The notes under the pieces were generated by a model, which was not told the DNA's origin, searched no databases, and worked only from the letters and a program-made list of their open reading frames with translations. Position numbers and translations under genes: made by a program. From positions 1 through 54,865 of IMG/VR virus record IMGVR_UViG_3300046413_000898: a DNA stretch of 54,865 nucleotides; one strand, given 5' to 3'. Below are positions 35,487 through 44,271 of this stretch, in pieces (within the stretch, counting starts at the first letter, position 1; every line of letters begins with the position of its first letter). The stretch comes from a virus (Duplodnaviria > Caudoviricetes).

Positions 35487-35743
35487 GGGCGGGCTCCGTT
35501 CTTGATGCGGGTGAAGGCGCGCTTACCGGCTTCCCATGCCTGGTTGATCGCTGCGACTCGGGCGCGAGCAGCGAACGTGGTCGCGTCCCGCACAGCGGCT
35601 TCATGGGTCGTGTAGTGCGCTGCTCCTACAGGGGTAGACCAGCCGTTGGGGAATGGGTGGTATGTCGGCCAGTTCCTGGCTGGGGTGAGGGTCCACCCGT
35701 ACTGGGTCTTACGGACGATGACGAGGGGGTTGCGGTAGGTCAC
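35483..35743 (-). CDS. hypothetical phage protein
   Basis: GTG start (VTYRNP) coupled to the upstream stop. Confidence 0.55.
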   Translation of the reverse strand: MTYRNPLVIVRKTQYGWTLTPARNWPTYHPFPNGWSTPVGAAHYTTHEAAVRDATTFAARARVAAINQAWEAGKRAFTRIKNGARP

Positions 35744-35904
35744 TGGTCGTCCTTCTTCTTGGTGGTGTCGAGGAGGTCTTCGCCGACGATGAACAGCAGG
35801 GCGGCGGTGATGAGGGACTCGTAGCGGTGGTCGTCCCACCAGACAGCGAGAATCCCGGCGGCGACGGCGAGGGCTATGAGGATGGCCCCGATAGTGCGGG
35901 TCAC
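35740..35904 (-). CDS. small two-TM protein
   Basis: Hydrophobic; paralog of 36674-36853. Confidence 0.6.
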   Translation of the reverse strand: MTRTIGAILIALAVAAGILAVWWDDHRYESLITAALLFIVGEDLLDTTKKKDDQ

Positions 35905-36077
35905 TGGTCGGTGTTCCTTCGTGATCGGAAGATGATTTTCCAGGCGCAGACGATACACAGCAGCGCCGCGGCCATGAGCCCGGTCCTTCCCTCTTCCCAA
36001 ACCATCGCGACGCCCATGAATATGAAGGCCAAGTTGATCAGCACGTCGTTGGCCTTTCGTGGCTCCTTGGCTCTCAC
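35901..36077 (-). CDS. small two-TM protein
   Basis: GTGA coupling; hydrophobic. Confidence 0.55.
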   Translation of the reverse strand: MRAKEPRKANDVLINLAFIFMGVAMVWEEGRTGLMAAALLCIVCAWKIIFRSRRNTDQ

Positions 36078-36286
36078 TGGTTGTCCTCCTCGTCGGTGAT
36101 GCCGACCAGGATCATGGCCGTGATGACGTCGTAGACGGCGTTCTCGTACCGGGCCTTGATGGCCTCGGAGACCAGGCCGTGGTCCCACATCCAGTATCGG
36201 ATGCAGCCCGGGATGTAAGACTTCGTGAAGCGGGCGTAGCAGTCGCGGGCGAAGCCTTCGAGGTTCTCGTTCGGGGTGGTGGTCAT
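36074..36286 (-). CDS. hypothetical phage protein
   Basis: RBS and 4-nt overlaps. Confidence 0.6.
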   Translation of the reverse strand: MTTTPNENLEGFARDCYARFTKSYIPGCIRYWMWDHGLVSEAIKARYENAVYDVITAMILVGITDEEDNQ

Positions 36287-36516
36287 GATTCCTCCTGGTC
36301 GGAGTTGACGAAATCAGCGAGGATGTCGGCCATGCCGATCTGCATCGCGAGGGGAGCGGCGCTGGAGGTCCAGACGTATCGCTCTTCGATCCGGCCGTCG
36401 GCGTGGAGGCGCTCGGTGCGTGCGACGATCATCACGTTGGTGGCAGTCTCACCGTCCTCGAGCGGGATGCTGGGCACGGTCACGCCCATGCAGCTGGTGT
36501 TCTTCTCGTTGGTCAT
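36283..36516 (-). CDS. hypothetical phage protein
   Basis: 4-nt overlaps. Confidence 0.6.
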   Translation of the reverse strand: MTNEKNTSCMGVTVPSIPLEDGETATNVMIVARTERLHADGRIEERYVWTSSAAPLAMQIGMADILADFVNSDQEES

Positions 36517-36677
36517 TCTTCACCGTCTCCTGCGTTGGGGGCCTTGGCGTAGAGCACGCCGTTTTCCTCGTAGCACGTGTAGCCGTGGGACTCGAGTACG
36601 CCCCGGTATGCGTCGAATTGCCGGTCGGCCATCTGGGGTACGGACGCCGCGGCGAGTGTCAGACAGTGCTCGTTCAT
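36513..36677 (-). CDS. hypothetical phage protein
   Basis: Starts MNEHCL; RBS; overlaps. Confidence 0.55.
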   Translation of the reverse strand: MNEHCLTLAAASVPQMADRQFDAYRGVLESHGYTCYEENGVLYAKAPNAGDGEE

Positions 36678-36853
36678 GACTTCTTCTCCTTGGTGTTGTG
36701 GTTGTCGGCGTTCCCGAGGCAGGCGGCGGCGATGATGAGCAGTAGGAAGGCGGTGGCGCCGGACTGCCAGCGGTGCCCGTCCCACCAGATGGTTGCGAGG
36801 GCCGCGAGGACGGCGAGGGTCATGAGGGCGGTGCCGATGCGGGTGAGGGTCAT
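36674..36853 (-). CDS. small two-TM protein (missing from the ORF track)
   Basis: Manual translation MTLTRIGTALMTLAVLAALATIWWDGHRWQSGATAFLLLII... Confidence 0.6.
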   Translation of the reverse strand: MTLTRIGTALMTLAVLAALATIWWDGHRWQSGATAFLLLIIAAACLGNADNHNTKEKKS

Positions 36854-37068
36854 GCGTGTGTCCTTACGTTGAAGTGGATCGCCTGGATGTGGTCCGGGGG
36901 TGTGATCGTTGCCTCGGTGGGTTCGATGCGGGCGTTGTTGGCCAGATAGATGGCGTCACACCAGTTGGTACACAGGATCGTGTCGTTGGGATCGGTGGTG
37001 CTGGTGACACCCCAGGCGTCGAAGGCGTCGTCCCATCGGATGCGGGCGGGTGGGTTGCGGTGGGTCAC
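36850..37068 (-). CDS. hypothetical phage protein
   Basis: GTG start (VTHRNPP) after an AAGGA RBS. Confidence 0.55.
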   Translation of the reverse strand: MTHRNPPARIRWDDAFDAWGVTSTTDPNDTILCTNWCDAIYLANNARIEPTEATITPPDHIQAIHFNVRTHA

Positions 37069-37091
37069 TGCTTGTTCCTTCCGAGTGTGGG

Positions 37092-37120
37092 TGCGCCCCC
37101 GGCGCGTGGCCGGGGGCGCA
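37092..37120 (-). terminator. GC-rich hairpin
   Basis: TGCGCCCCCGG/CCGGGGGCGCA inverted repeat, intergenic. Confidence 0.5.
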
Positions 37121-37129
37121 TGGGTGGGG

Positions 37130-37456
37130 TCAGGCGGGCGGGTTGAGGGCGGCTTCCAGGACGGCTCGGGCATCGGCGCGGAAGCTGTCCTTCTCCTCGG
37201 GGAACAAGATCAGCCAGATGGCCTCGTGGTTGTCAGTGGCGCACATCTGGATCGCGGCCTTCTCGACCTTGTCGTCGGTGATGGTGGTCAGGTCGCGCAG
37301 CCGCTCGATCTCGTCCATGGCGGCGGCACCGTACTCACTGCCCCACCCGTTCGGGTCCTGATCGAGTGCGTGCCGGGCATCCACGTGCTGGTCGTGGTCC
37401 CAGGTCGTGCAGCCCTTGTCCGGGCCATCGGTCGTGCAGATGATGGCGCGGATCAT
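37130..37456 (-). CDS. hypothetical phage protein (LEAAL motif family)
   Basis: Starts MIRAII after a GGAGG RBS. Confidence 0.6.
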   Translation of the reverse strand: MIRAIICTTDGPDKGCTTWDHDQHVDARHALDQDPNGWGSEYGAAAMDEIERLRDLTTITDDKVEKAAIQMCATDNHEAIWLILFPEEKDSFRADARAVLEAALNPPA

Positions 37457-37767
37457 GCGTCCTCCTCGGACTCGGCATGGCAGACGCTGATCTCGTGGAT
37501 CAGGCGCTCGATGTGCTCGAAGGCGGCCTGCACGGGCGCCGCGATCGGCGGCGCAGTCACGTCGAGTTGGTGACGCTCGATGTGTGCGGCCAGGGCCAGG
37601 TCCAACGCCCAGGCCCCCACCTCGCCGTCCGGGTGCGGCGCGGCCCAACGGACGATGCGCAGCTCTCGGATCTCGTCGGGCCGGATGGACACGACGTTCA
37701 GCCCCATAGCGCGAGCGCGCTGGGTCGTCTCGATGAGTTCGCGGGCTCGAGCGGTGTCGATACTCAT
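37453..37767 (-). CDS. hypothetical phage protein
   Basis: Starts MSIDTAR; RBS; overlaps. Confidence 0.6.
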   Translation of the reverse strand: MSIDTARARELIETTQRARAMGLNVVSIRPDEIRELRIVRWAAPHPDGEVGAWALDLALAAHIERHQLDVTAPPIAAPVQAAFEHIERLIHEISVCHAESEEDA

Positions 37768-38144
37768 GACTGGTTCTCCTTCGGTGTGAGGGCGGCTTCC
37801 AGGGCAGTGCGAGCGCGGCGGCGGTAGGACTCTCTGACGCCCCCGGAGACCTCCCCGCTGTCCCACATGCGCCGCGCATTCTCTGTTGTGCGGGTCTTGC
37901 CGAACGTGCGGCGGAAGAGGGCGAAGCCTGCCCGCTCGACCATGTCGTCGGTGATGACCGGAGCCTCCGGGACGAAGTCCGCATAGCGGCTGGCGATGTA
38001 CTCCTCAACCTCGTCTCCGTCGTCGTCGGACCCAAGCCATGTATGGGCTAGGGTCTCGGCGTCCGCGATGGCATCCTCGTGTCCGTGTGCTCGTGCGCGC
38101 AGGAGGTTCCTCGCTGCTGCGCCCCGTTCGTGTGCGTATCCCAT
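37764..38144 (-). CDS. hypothetical phage protein (LEAAL motif family)
   Basis: RBS; operon context. Confidence 0.6.
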   Translation of the reverse strand: MGYAHERGAAARNLLRARAHGHEDAIADAETLAHTWLGSDDDGDEVEEYIASRYADFVPEAPVITDDMVERAGFALFRRTFGKTRTTENARRMWDSGEVSGGVRESYRRRARTALEAALTPKENQS

Positions 38145-38145
38145 G

Positions 38146-38739
38146 TCAGTTCTCCTCCGGGTTGAGTGCGGCTTCCAGGGCGGTGGCGATAGTCAGCGCG
38201 TCCTCCCCCGTCTTGTCCCTCGCGGTCGGCTGAAGTGCTGCCTCAAGAACGTCCGAAGCCATGTCATCTGCCATCTCAACAGCTCCCCCCGGGGACATGC
38301 GGTGCACGGCGACGAGGTACATCAGGAGTCTCTTTCTTGCCCGGTCTACCATGTCGCCCGGTGTCTTCCCCGGCTCCGTGTCGCCCCACAGCCAGGAAAC
38401 GTGCGCCTCGAACGGCGCCAAGCGCTCCACCTCAGCGCGCAGACGCTCGATCTCGTCCAGGGCCTGCGGGAGATCCACCCTGGCCCGGGCGATGAACAGC
38501 GCGTCGGGGTAGCTGTTGAGGTTCCCCCGTCCGGCCTTCTCGGGGATGCCTTCGCTTGTCCGAAGCACGGGCTGCGCCCCGTCGAAGCCCATCCGAGCGA
38601 AGCCCATGACAAGCGCGTCGCCCCGCCGCGCCAGCCTGACGTGCGCTCCTCCTGAATTGCTCCACATCCACGGCCCGGCGGTCGCGGCCTCGCATCGCGC
38701 GCGTGCGGCTTCGTGCCGCTCGTCGGTCCAGGTGCTCAT
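38146..38739 (-). CDS. Ead/Ea22-like hypothetical protein
   Basis: AATAGPW...DALFIARAR.D...ALDEIERLR motif. Confidence 0.6.
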   Translation of the reverse strand: MSTWTDERHEAARARCEAATAGPWMWSNSGGAHVRLARRGDALVMGFARMGFDGAQPVLRTSEGIPEKAGRGNLNSYPDALFIARARVDLPQALDEIERLRAEVERLAPFEAHVSWLWGDTEPGKTPGDMVDRARKRLLMYLVAVHRMSPGGAVEMADDMASDVLEAALQPTARDKTGEDALTIATALEAALNPEEN

Positions 38740-39074
38740 GCTTCCTCCTCGATGTTGGCGTATTCCCAGACCATGCAGTCCCCGTTCCAGGACGGGATGA
38801 TCGGCCCGTTACGGACGGGCTCCCCATCCGGGGCGCACAGTTCGGCGCAGCTCCAGGCGTTGTCGTTGGCGACGTGGATGCACTCGTCGTGAGGAACGCC
38901 GTGCTCGATCTGCTCGGCCACGGTCCAGCCATCCTCCCAGCGATACGGATCATCGGGGTCGGGTTCAGGGTAGATGTGGCAGGCGGAGTTCCGGTCACCG
39001 TCGCAGGTGATCCAGGACTCCACTCCCTCCCCAGCGACGTGCTTGTGGTGGACGTGGTGCAGGTGCTTGGTCAT
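38736..39074 (-). CDS. hypothetical Cys/His-rich protein
   Basis: Starts MTKHLHH; RBS. Confidence 0.55.
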   Translation of the reverse strand: MTKHLHHVHHKHVAGEGVESWITCDGDRNSACHIYPEPDPDDPYRWEDGWTVAEQIEHGVPHDECIHVANDNAWSCAELCAPDGEPVRNGPIIPSWNGDCMVWEYANIEEEA

Positions 39075-39229
39075 GATGCGGTCTCCTCGGTGTCGGTGGT
39101 GTAGCGCGCGGAGTGGTCCGCGCCGTCCAGGGACAGCCATGCGTCCTTCCCCAGCTGCTGAGCGGTGCGCTGCGCCTCGTGTGCGAGCCAGTCGCATCTC
39201 GCGCAGTCCTCGTGCTTCTTCTCGATCAT
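39071..39229 (-). CDS. small hypothetical protein
   Basis: Starts MIEKKHEDC; fills the gap with ATGA overlaps. Confidence 0.45.
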   Translation of the reverse strand: MIEKKHEDCARCDWLAHEAQRTAQQLGKDAWLSLDGADHSARYTTDTEETAS

Positions 39230-39702
39230 GGTGTGTCCTCCTTGATGAACGTCAACCAGTGGGTCTTGGCGGTCTTGCCGGATCGGTGCCCGAACAAGGG
39301 CTGGTGAGGCGTCAGCGCGAGGACCTCACTCACCGGGATCTGCGTCTCGTTCCACTTGAAGACCAAAACACCAGACGGGCGAAGGACCCGGAAGCACTCG
39401 GAGAAGCCCGCCCTGAGATCCTCGCGCCAGTCGTCCCCTAGCACGCCGTACTTGAGGGCCTGCCAGCCCTTCCCCGCCCGTCGCAGGTGCGGCGGGTCGA
39501 ACACCACGAGCGGGAAGGTCCCGTCCTCGAAAGGCATGTCGCGGAAGTCCATCAGCACGTCGGGGCGGATCGACAGCGCCCGCCCGTCGCAGAGCACGTG
39601 GTCCTCGGAGCGGATGTCGCCGAACAGTGCCCGCTGGTCGTCCTTGTCGAACCACATCATCTTGCTTCCGGCGCAGGGGTCGAGAACAACGGGGTCGTTC
39701 AT
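39226..39702 (-). CDS. class I SAM-dependent methyltransferase (small DPPH type)
   Basis: VLDPCAGSKMMWFDK, VVFDPPH and LVFKWNE motifs. Confidence 0.85.
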   Translation of the reverse strand: MNDPVVLDPCAGSKMMWFDKDDQRALFGDIRSEDHVLCDGRALSIRPDVLMDFRDMPFEDGTFPLVVFDPPHLRRAGKGWQALKYGVLGDDWREDLRAGFSECFRVLRPSGVLVFKWNETQIPVSEVLALTPHQPLFGHRSGKTAKTHWLTFIKEDTP

Positions 39703-39704
39703 GG

Positions 39705-40166
39705 TCAGTTCCCTCCTGTGGATCCGAAGCCGCCGGTGCCTCGTGCGCTGCCCGGCAGTGCGTCCACGACCTGCGGGGTGGCGTAGGCGATCGGTGCCAC
39801 GACGAGCTGCGCTATCCGATCCCCAGCGGAAACAGACACAGTGTGCAAGTCGGTGATGTTGACGAGCAGAACGATCAGCTCCCCGGTGTACCCGTGGTCG
39901 ATGGTGCCCGGGGCGTTGGCGACGGTGATGCCGCGCAGGGCCATGCCGGAGCGGGGGTTGATGAGTCCTACGTGGCCGTATGGGATGGACACGGCGATCC
40001 CGGTTCGGACCGGGAGCACGTACCCACGGCGGCTGGGGTCCATGAGGACCTGGCTGTTGCTGGTGTCTTCGAGGGCGTACAGGTCGAGGCCGGCGTCACC
40101 GGAGTGGGCGCGGGTCGGGACGATGGCGTCGGGGTCGAGCAGCTGGATGGGGAGTCGCATGGTCAT
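39705..40166 (-). CDS. dut: dUTPase
   Basis: DAGLDL, PRSGMA, GTIDHGYTGE, RIAQL and RGTGGFGSTG motifs. Confidence 0.95.
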   Translation of the reverse strand: MTMRLPIQLLDPDAIVPTRAHSGDAGLDLYALEDTSNSQVLMDPSRRGYVLPVRTGIAVSIPYGHVGLINPRSGMALRGITVANAPGTIDHGYTGELIVLLVNITDLHTVSVSAGDRIAQLVVAPIAYATPQVVDALPGSARGTGGFGSTGGN

Positions 40167-40185
40167 GTCTCCTGGGTTGCGGTGG

Positions 40186-40863
40186 TCAGATCGAGGTTCT
40201 GCTGGTCTTGCGGCGGGTGCGCTTGTGCAGGCGGGCGTCACGGGCGGCGAGGTAGCGGGCCAGTGCGGGGTCCGTGACGATGTGGGCGGGCTCCGGGGCG
40301 GGCTCCTGGGTGGGTTCCGTGGCTCTTGCCGCTTCTCGGTCAGCTCGGGCAGCGGCCCGTGCCGCATCCCTCTGGGCGCGCTCAGCGTCCTGCTCTGCGC
40401 GGATCCGCTCCCGCTCAGCATCACGCTCAGCGCGCAACCTGGCGCGTTCCGCCCGGGCTGCTTCCCGCTCAGTGCGCACCCTGGCCCGCTCCGCCGCCCG
40501 CTCAGCCTTCGCCTGCTGAGCAGCCCGCTTCCGACGAGACGCCTCCTCACGGGCCGCAGCCCTCTCCAGGGTCGTCCCACCATTCGCGTGGCACGCCGCG
40601 CAGCAGTCCACAGAGTGGCAGGGAACAGTGCCCGGGGCGTCCGCCGCCCGTGTGTCGGTCTCCCTGATGCGCTGGTGGCAGTGCTTGCACCTGGCCCTAG
40701 ACCAGTCGGTCGGTTCCCGCAGGACCTTCCCGTTCCGCAAGTCCCGCCGGTAGCACGTCAGGCACTGGTCATGGGCTCCTTTACGCCACAGTCCCTCCGG
40801 CTGGCCCGGCCCCCAGCCTCCGAGAGCTCGGCCGCACGCACAGTGCGTAGCCTTCTGAGTCAT
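40186..40863 (-). CDS. Cys-rich Zn-binding protein with charged coiled coil
   Basis: Starts MTQKATHCACG; AER-rich helix. Confidence 0.6.
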   Translation of the reverse strand: MTQKATHCACGRALGGWGPGQPEGLWRKGAHDQCLTCYRRDLRNGKVLREPTDWSRARCKHCHQRIRETDTRAADAPGTVPCHSVDCCAACHANGGTTLERAAAREEASRRKRAAQQAKAERAAERARVRTEREAARAERARLRAERDAERERIRAEQDAERAQRDAARAAARADREAARATEPTQEPAPEPAHIVTDPALARYLAARDARLHKRTRRKTSRTSI

Positions 40864-40895
40864 GGTGTTGTCTCCTGGTGTGGTGTTCCGGCTGG

Positions 40896-41108
40896 TCAGT
40901 CGCCCGTCGGCGATGTTGGCTGCTGGTGCCACTCGAAGCTGTCGTTGATCCAGGCGTCGATGTCGGCCTTGCGCCAGTACCATCGGCCGCCGATCTTGGC
41001 CTTCGGGGGCGCGGTGCCGCGCCAGATGCGTTGCCGGAGAGCGGCGGGCGTGATGCCGAGGTACTCGGCGGCCTGGTCGGTGTCCCAGAAATCGGGGGGG
41101 AGCTTCAT
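40896..41108 (-). CDS. AlpA/excisionase-like HTH protein
   Basis: DTDQAAEYLGIT..ALR....G.AP...KIGGRWYWRKADIDAWI. Confidence 0.85.
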   Translation of the reverse strand: MKLPPDFWDTDQAAEYLGITPAALRQRIWRGTAPPKAKIGGRWYWRKADIDAWINDSFEWHQQPTSPTGD

Positions 41109-41240
41109 GCTTGCGCCTCCTTAGCGGCGGATCTTGCTGACGTTGATTACCGTAGCACCGTGTTGCGTTGCGTTATGTCTACGCCGGGGGAGCACTACGA
41201 AATATTACGGGCGGGCGGGCGCTGCCCCACAGGGCGAGAG

Positions 41241-41266
41241 CGGCCCCGCACACAGGTGCGGGGCCG
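41241..41266 (-). terminator. hairpin terminator upstream of the AlpA promoter region
   Basis: CGGCCCCGCA/TGCGGGGCCG inverted repeat. Confidence 0.55.
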
Positions 41267-41301
41267 GGTACGGGGTGTTAGAAGATCAGGTCACCCTAGG
41301 G

Positions 41302-41652
41302 TCATTGGTTCTTCCCGATCACTCGAACCTCGATAGGTTGCTGCGCGGCTTGCGCGGCGTGGATCGCCGAATGCATCCCGGGGCTCACCCCATAGTCGAT
41401 ATAGACGGCCGTGAGGTCAGCGCACCTCGCCCACGTGAGTCCCGCGGCGATCCCCTGCGCACGCTCACGGGGGTCGGTGTCTGCGAGGACCTGCGGGTAC
41501 AGCAGATGGGATGCAAGGGGCGCCTCCCCGCGTGACAGACTGTGCGCCAATGCGCGCCGGGCGTACTCAACATGTGTCGTTTCGTCGCCCAGCGGTCCGG
41601 GCGCGAACGGTGACTCGACCGCCACGCGCCGCGGCTCGTCTGGCCCCGCCAT
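41302..41652 (-). CDS. conserved phage protein (nucleoside deoxyribosyltransferase-like fold)
   Basis: VESPFA...GEAPLASHLLY.Q.L.D...ER..GI.AG...GVSPGM. Confidence 0.6.
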   Translation of the reverse strand: MAGPDEPRRVAVESPFAPGPLGDETTHVEYARRALAHSLSRGEAPLASHLLYPQVLADTDPRERAQGIAAGLTWARCADLTAVYIDYGVSPGMHSAIHAAQAAQQPIEVRVIGKNQ

Positions 41653-42158
41653 CAGAACGGCGGGTCCTGGTCCTGGCCGGGACCCCAGTCGTAGCGGCCC
41701 TGACCTGACTGCCCCTGCTGACCCCACGGGTCGTTCTGGGGCCGCTGGCCCTGCTGTCCGCCGCCGCTGAAGCCGCCGCCCGACCCGCCTCCGCGGGACT
41801 GGCGGTTGACCGTGGCCGATGCGAAGCGCAGCGACGGGCCGATCTCATCGACGTCGAGCTCCATCACCGTGCGGCGATCGCCTTCCTTCGTGTCGAAGGA
41901 CCGGGACTTGAGCCGCCCCTGGGCGATGACGCGCATGCCCTTCTGCAGCGTCTCGGCGACGTTCTCCGCCGCCTCCCGCCACACCGAGCAGCGCATGAAG
42001 ATCGTCTCCCCCTCCTTCCACTCGTTCGCCTGCTTGTCGAAGGCGCGGGGCGTGGAAGCGATCGTGAAGTTCGCGACCGCTGTGCCGTTCGGCAGGAAAC
42101 TCAGCTCGGGCGTAGCGGTCAGGTTGCCGATGATGGTGATGGTGGTGTCGTTGGCCAT
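41652..42158 (-). CDS. ssb: single-stranded DNA-binding protein
   Basis: [12 protein letters not shown]...[10 protein letters not shown]; acidic DPPF tail. Confidence 0.95.
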   Translation of the reverse strand: MANDTTITIIGNLTATPELSFLPNGTAVANFTIASTPRAFDKQANEWKEGETIFMRCSVWREAAENVAETLQKGMRVIAQGRLKSRSFDTKEGDRRTVMELDVDEIGPSLRFASATVNRQSRGGGSGGGFSGGGQQGQRPQNDPWGQQGQSGQGRYDWGPGQDQDPPF

Positions 42159-42207
42159 TTGGTTCTCCTTGGTTGTGTTCTGCGAGCCGCTCGGATCAGG
42201 GGTTGGG

Positions 42208-42600
42208 TCAGGTGGGGGTGATGACGACGGTGACGCCGGGTTCCTGCCCGTCCGGCACGTATGCCTTCTGGGCGGTGAGCCGCACGACTCGGGAGTCCTC
42301 AGCGAGAACCCCGCCGGTCTGCAGTGAGTCCAGGATGGACCGGGTGAGCTTGTCGAGGTCGGGCTTGACGGCGGGCACCGGCCACCTGGGTCGCTTGGGG
42401 CGCGGCATCCAGAAGACGAGCTCGACGTGCACGGGCTGGTCGATTGGTGGGCCGTCGTGCTGCGCGGCGACCGAGGCGGTGACAGTGGCCCGCCACGCCT
42501 TGTGGCGCTTGTTCGCCTCGTAGAGCCGCCCGGTGCGGGTGACGGACTTCGAGCCCTGCGGCACCGGGGTGCCAACCGTCAGCGAGCGATGCAGGGTCAC
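42208..42600 (-). CDS. rusA: RusA-family resolvase (copy B)
   Basis: Same motifs as 21-413. Confidence 0.85.
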   Translation of the reverse strand: MTLHRSLTVGTPVPQGSKSVTRTGRLYEANKRHKAWRATVTASVAAQHDGPPIDQPVHVELVFWMPRPKRPRWPVPAVKPDLDKLTRSILDSLQTGGVLAEDSRVVRLTAQKAYVPDGQEPGVTVVITPT

Positions 42601-43536
42601 TCGCCCACCTCTTCATTCATATTGGTGTCCTCTACGAAGCCTTGCCCGATTAGCCGCTTTCTCGCCAGCTCCATATATTCCGGGTTCAACTCAATTCCAG
42701 CGAATCGTCTACCTAACAGCCCCGCCGACAGTGCCGTTGTTCCCGACCCCATAAAGGGATCGAGAACAATATCGCCCGGTTGGCTTGCGGTTAATATGCA
42801 CGGATCTACAAGAGTCGGCGGAAATGTTGCAAAATGACCGGACGCTTCACGGTACGCCCGCGTTTTCACATCCCACACAGTGCGCAGTCGCCTGTCGTTC
42901 GGTCCTTTTACTGCACCGACATCGTATAGGTACCTCTCCGACTTCGAGAGTAAGAACACATACTCGTGACTCCTCGTTGGTCGATCTCGAACACTTTCAG
43001 GCTGACAATTGGGCTTGTTCCAGACAATATCGGACCGCAGGTACCATCCGCGCTCCTGCAGTGCGAAGGCTAGGCGCCAGGGAACACCTATCAAATCTTT
43101 TGGCTTCAAACCTTCGGGAGTATTCGGGCGTTGACTCATGGCGCGAGCTGCATTCTTCTTGTCAGGCGCGCGCCAGGTTCGCCCTCCACTGGTGTAGGAG
43201 TCGCCTATATTTAACCAAAGCGTTCCATCATCCCTCAGCACCTGATATACGAGATCAAACACGTCTGCAAGCGCTTCGATGAAGGAGTAGACGCTGCTTT
43301 CGAGACCGATCTGCCCGTCAATCTTGTAATCCCGAAGCGACCAGTAAGGTGGAGACGTGACCACGGTTTGCGCCGAAGCCTTAGGCATCTCCGCAAGCAC
43401 TTCGTGAGCGTCTCCGAGAATTAGCGCTGACCGATTCATCACGGTCAGGTAGTCCGCCTCCGGCGGATGCTCGAAGGTGCCGAACCTCGGATAAGCGATG
43501 GAGGTGCCCACCGTCAGCGATCGATGCAGGGTCACT
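42568..43536. repeat. 34-bp direct repeats flanking the methyltransferase
   Basis: 42568-42601 vs 43503-43536, 32/34 identical. Confidence 0.85.
42597..43535 (-). CDS. DNA N4-C/N6-A methyltransferase, beta class (lower-GC insert)
   Basis: VTSPPY, HFATFP and VLDPFMGSGTT motifs; start at 43535 (GTG) or 43439. Confidence 0.9.
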   Translation of the reverse strand: MTLHRSLTVGTSIAYPRFGTFEHPPEADYLTVMNRSALILGDAHEVLAEMPKASAQTVVTSPPYWSLRDYKIDGQIGLESSVYSFIEALADVFDLVYQVLRDDGTLWLNIGDSYTSGGRTWRAPDKKNAARAMSQRPNTPEGLKPKDLIGVPWRLAFALQERGWYLRSDIVWNKPNCQPESVRDRPTRSHEYVFLLSKSERYLYDVGAVKGPNDRRLRTVWDVKTRAYREASGHFATFPPTLVDPCILTASQPGDIVLDPFMGSGTTALSAGLLGRRFAGIELNPEYMELARKRLIGQGFVEDTNMNEEVGE

Positions 43537-44173
43537 TGACGCGCTCCCCACGAGTCCACGGGCCGTCGAGAGGCTTCACATAGCCCCCGTCGCGGTCGAT
43601 CCACGGACGGACCCAGCCACCCTCCTGGGGGACCCACCGCCAGATGTAGTCGTCGATTTCTATCCACTCCCACTCGCGCAGGTGCATGTCGTCGTCGGGC
43701 CACTCGCCCACCTCGATGCGCTCCGGCACGTCCGGGGTCTCGTCGGGCCAGCGGGGCGGGTCCGACACGATGATCTGACGATCACCGGCACGGCGCAAGA
43801 CGTAGTCCCAGTGCCGCCAGTACCCGTCCATATCCCAGAGCAGGCCTCTCCCCTCCTGAAGATCAACGACCATACCCCGCCAGTCGTCGTCCCCCTCGAT
43901 GCGGATGCGCTGCCCGAGGATCGTGGGCTTGTCCGGCTGCACCACCGGGGGCGGGGTGATGATCTTGACGGGAGTGGAACGGGTGAACGCCCTCCTCTCC
44001 TCCCCGCGCTCGGTGACCAGCCTCGTGAAGGCGTAACCAGTGTCGATGCTTCCGAGCGTCAGCCGGTAGAGGATCCCCTCCGGCTCTCCGACCTCGATGA
44101 ACGCCCCCACGTGGGCGTCCGTCAGGTCACCCACCGTCAGGGTGTCACCCGCGCTGATCTTCTTCGTGCTCAT
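43532..44173 (-). CDS. hypothetical phage protein (paralog of 634-1269)
   Basis: Homology to copy A. Confidence 0.8.
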   Translation of the reverse strand: MSTKKISAGDTLTVGDLTDAHVGAFIEVGEPEGILYRLTLGSIDTGYAFTRLVTERGEERRAFTRSTPVKIITPPPVVQPDKPTILGQRIRIEGDDDWRGMVVDLQEGRGLLWDMDGYWRHWDYVLRRAGDRQIIVSDPPRWPDETPDVPERIEVGEWPDDDMHLREWEWIEIDDYIWRWVPQEGGWVRPWIDRDGGYVKPLDGPWTRGERVK

Positions 44174-44271
44174 TGCCCTGTCTCCTTCCTCGTGTGAAGC
44201 CCTCAGAATCGTTTCTGCGGGCCTAGAAACTGCTCACCCCCACACGGGGGCGTCCAACACCTGCCCGGCGC

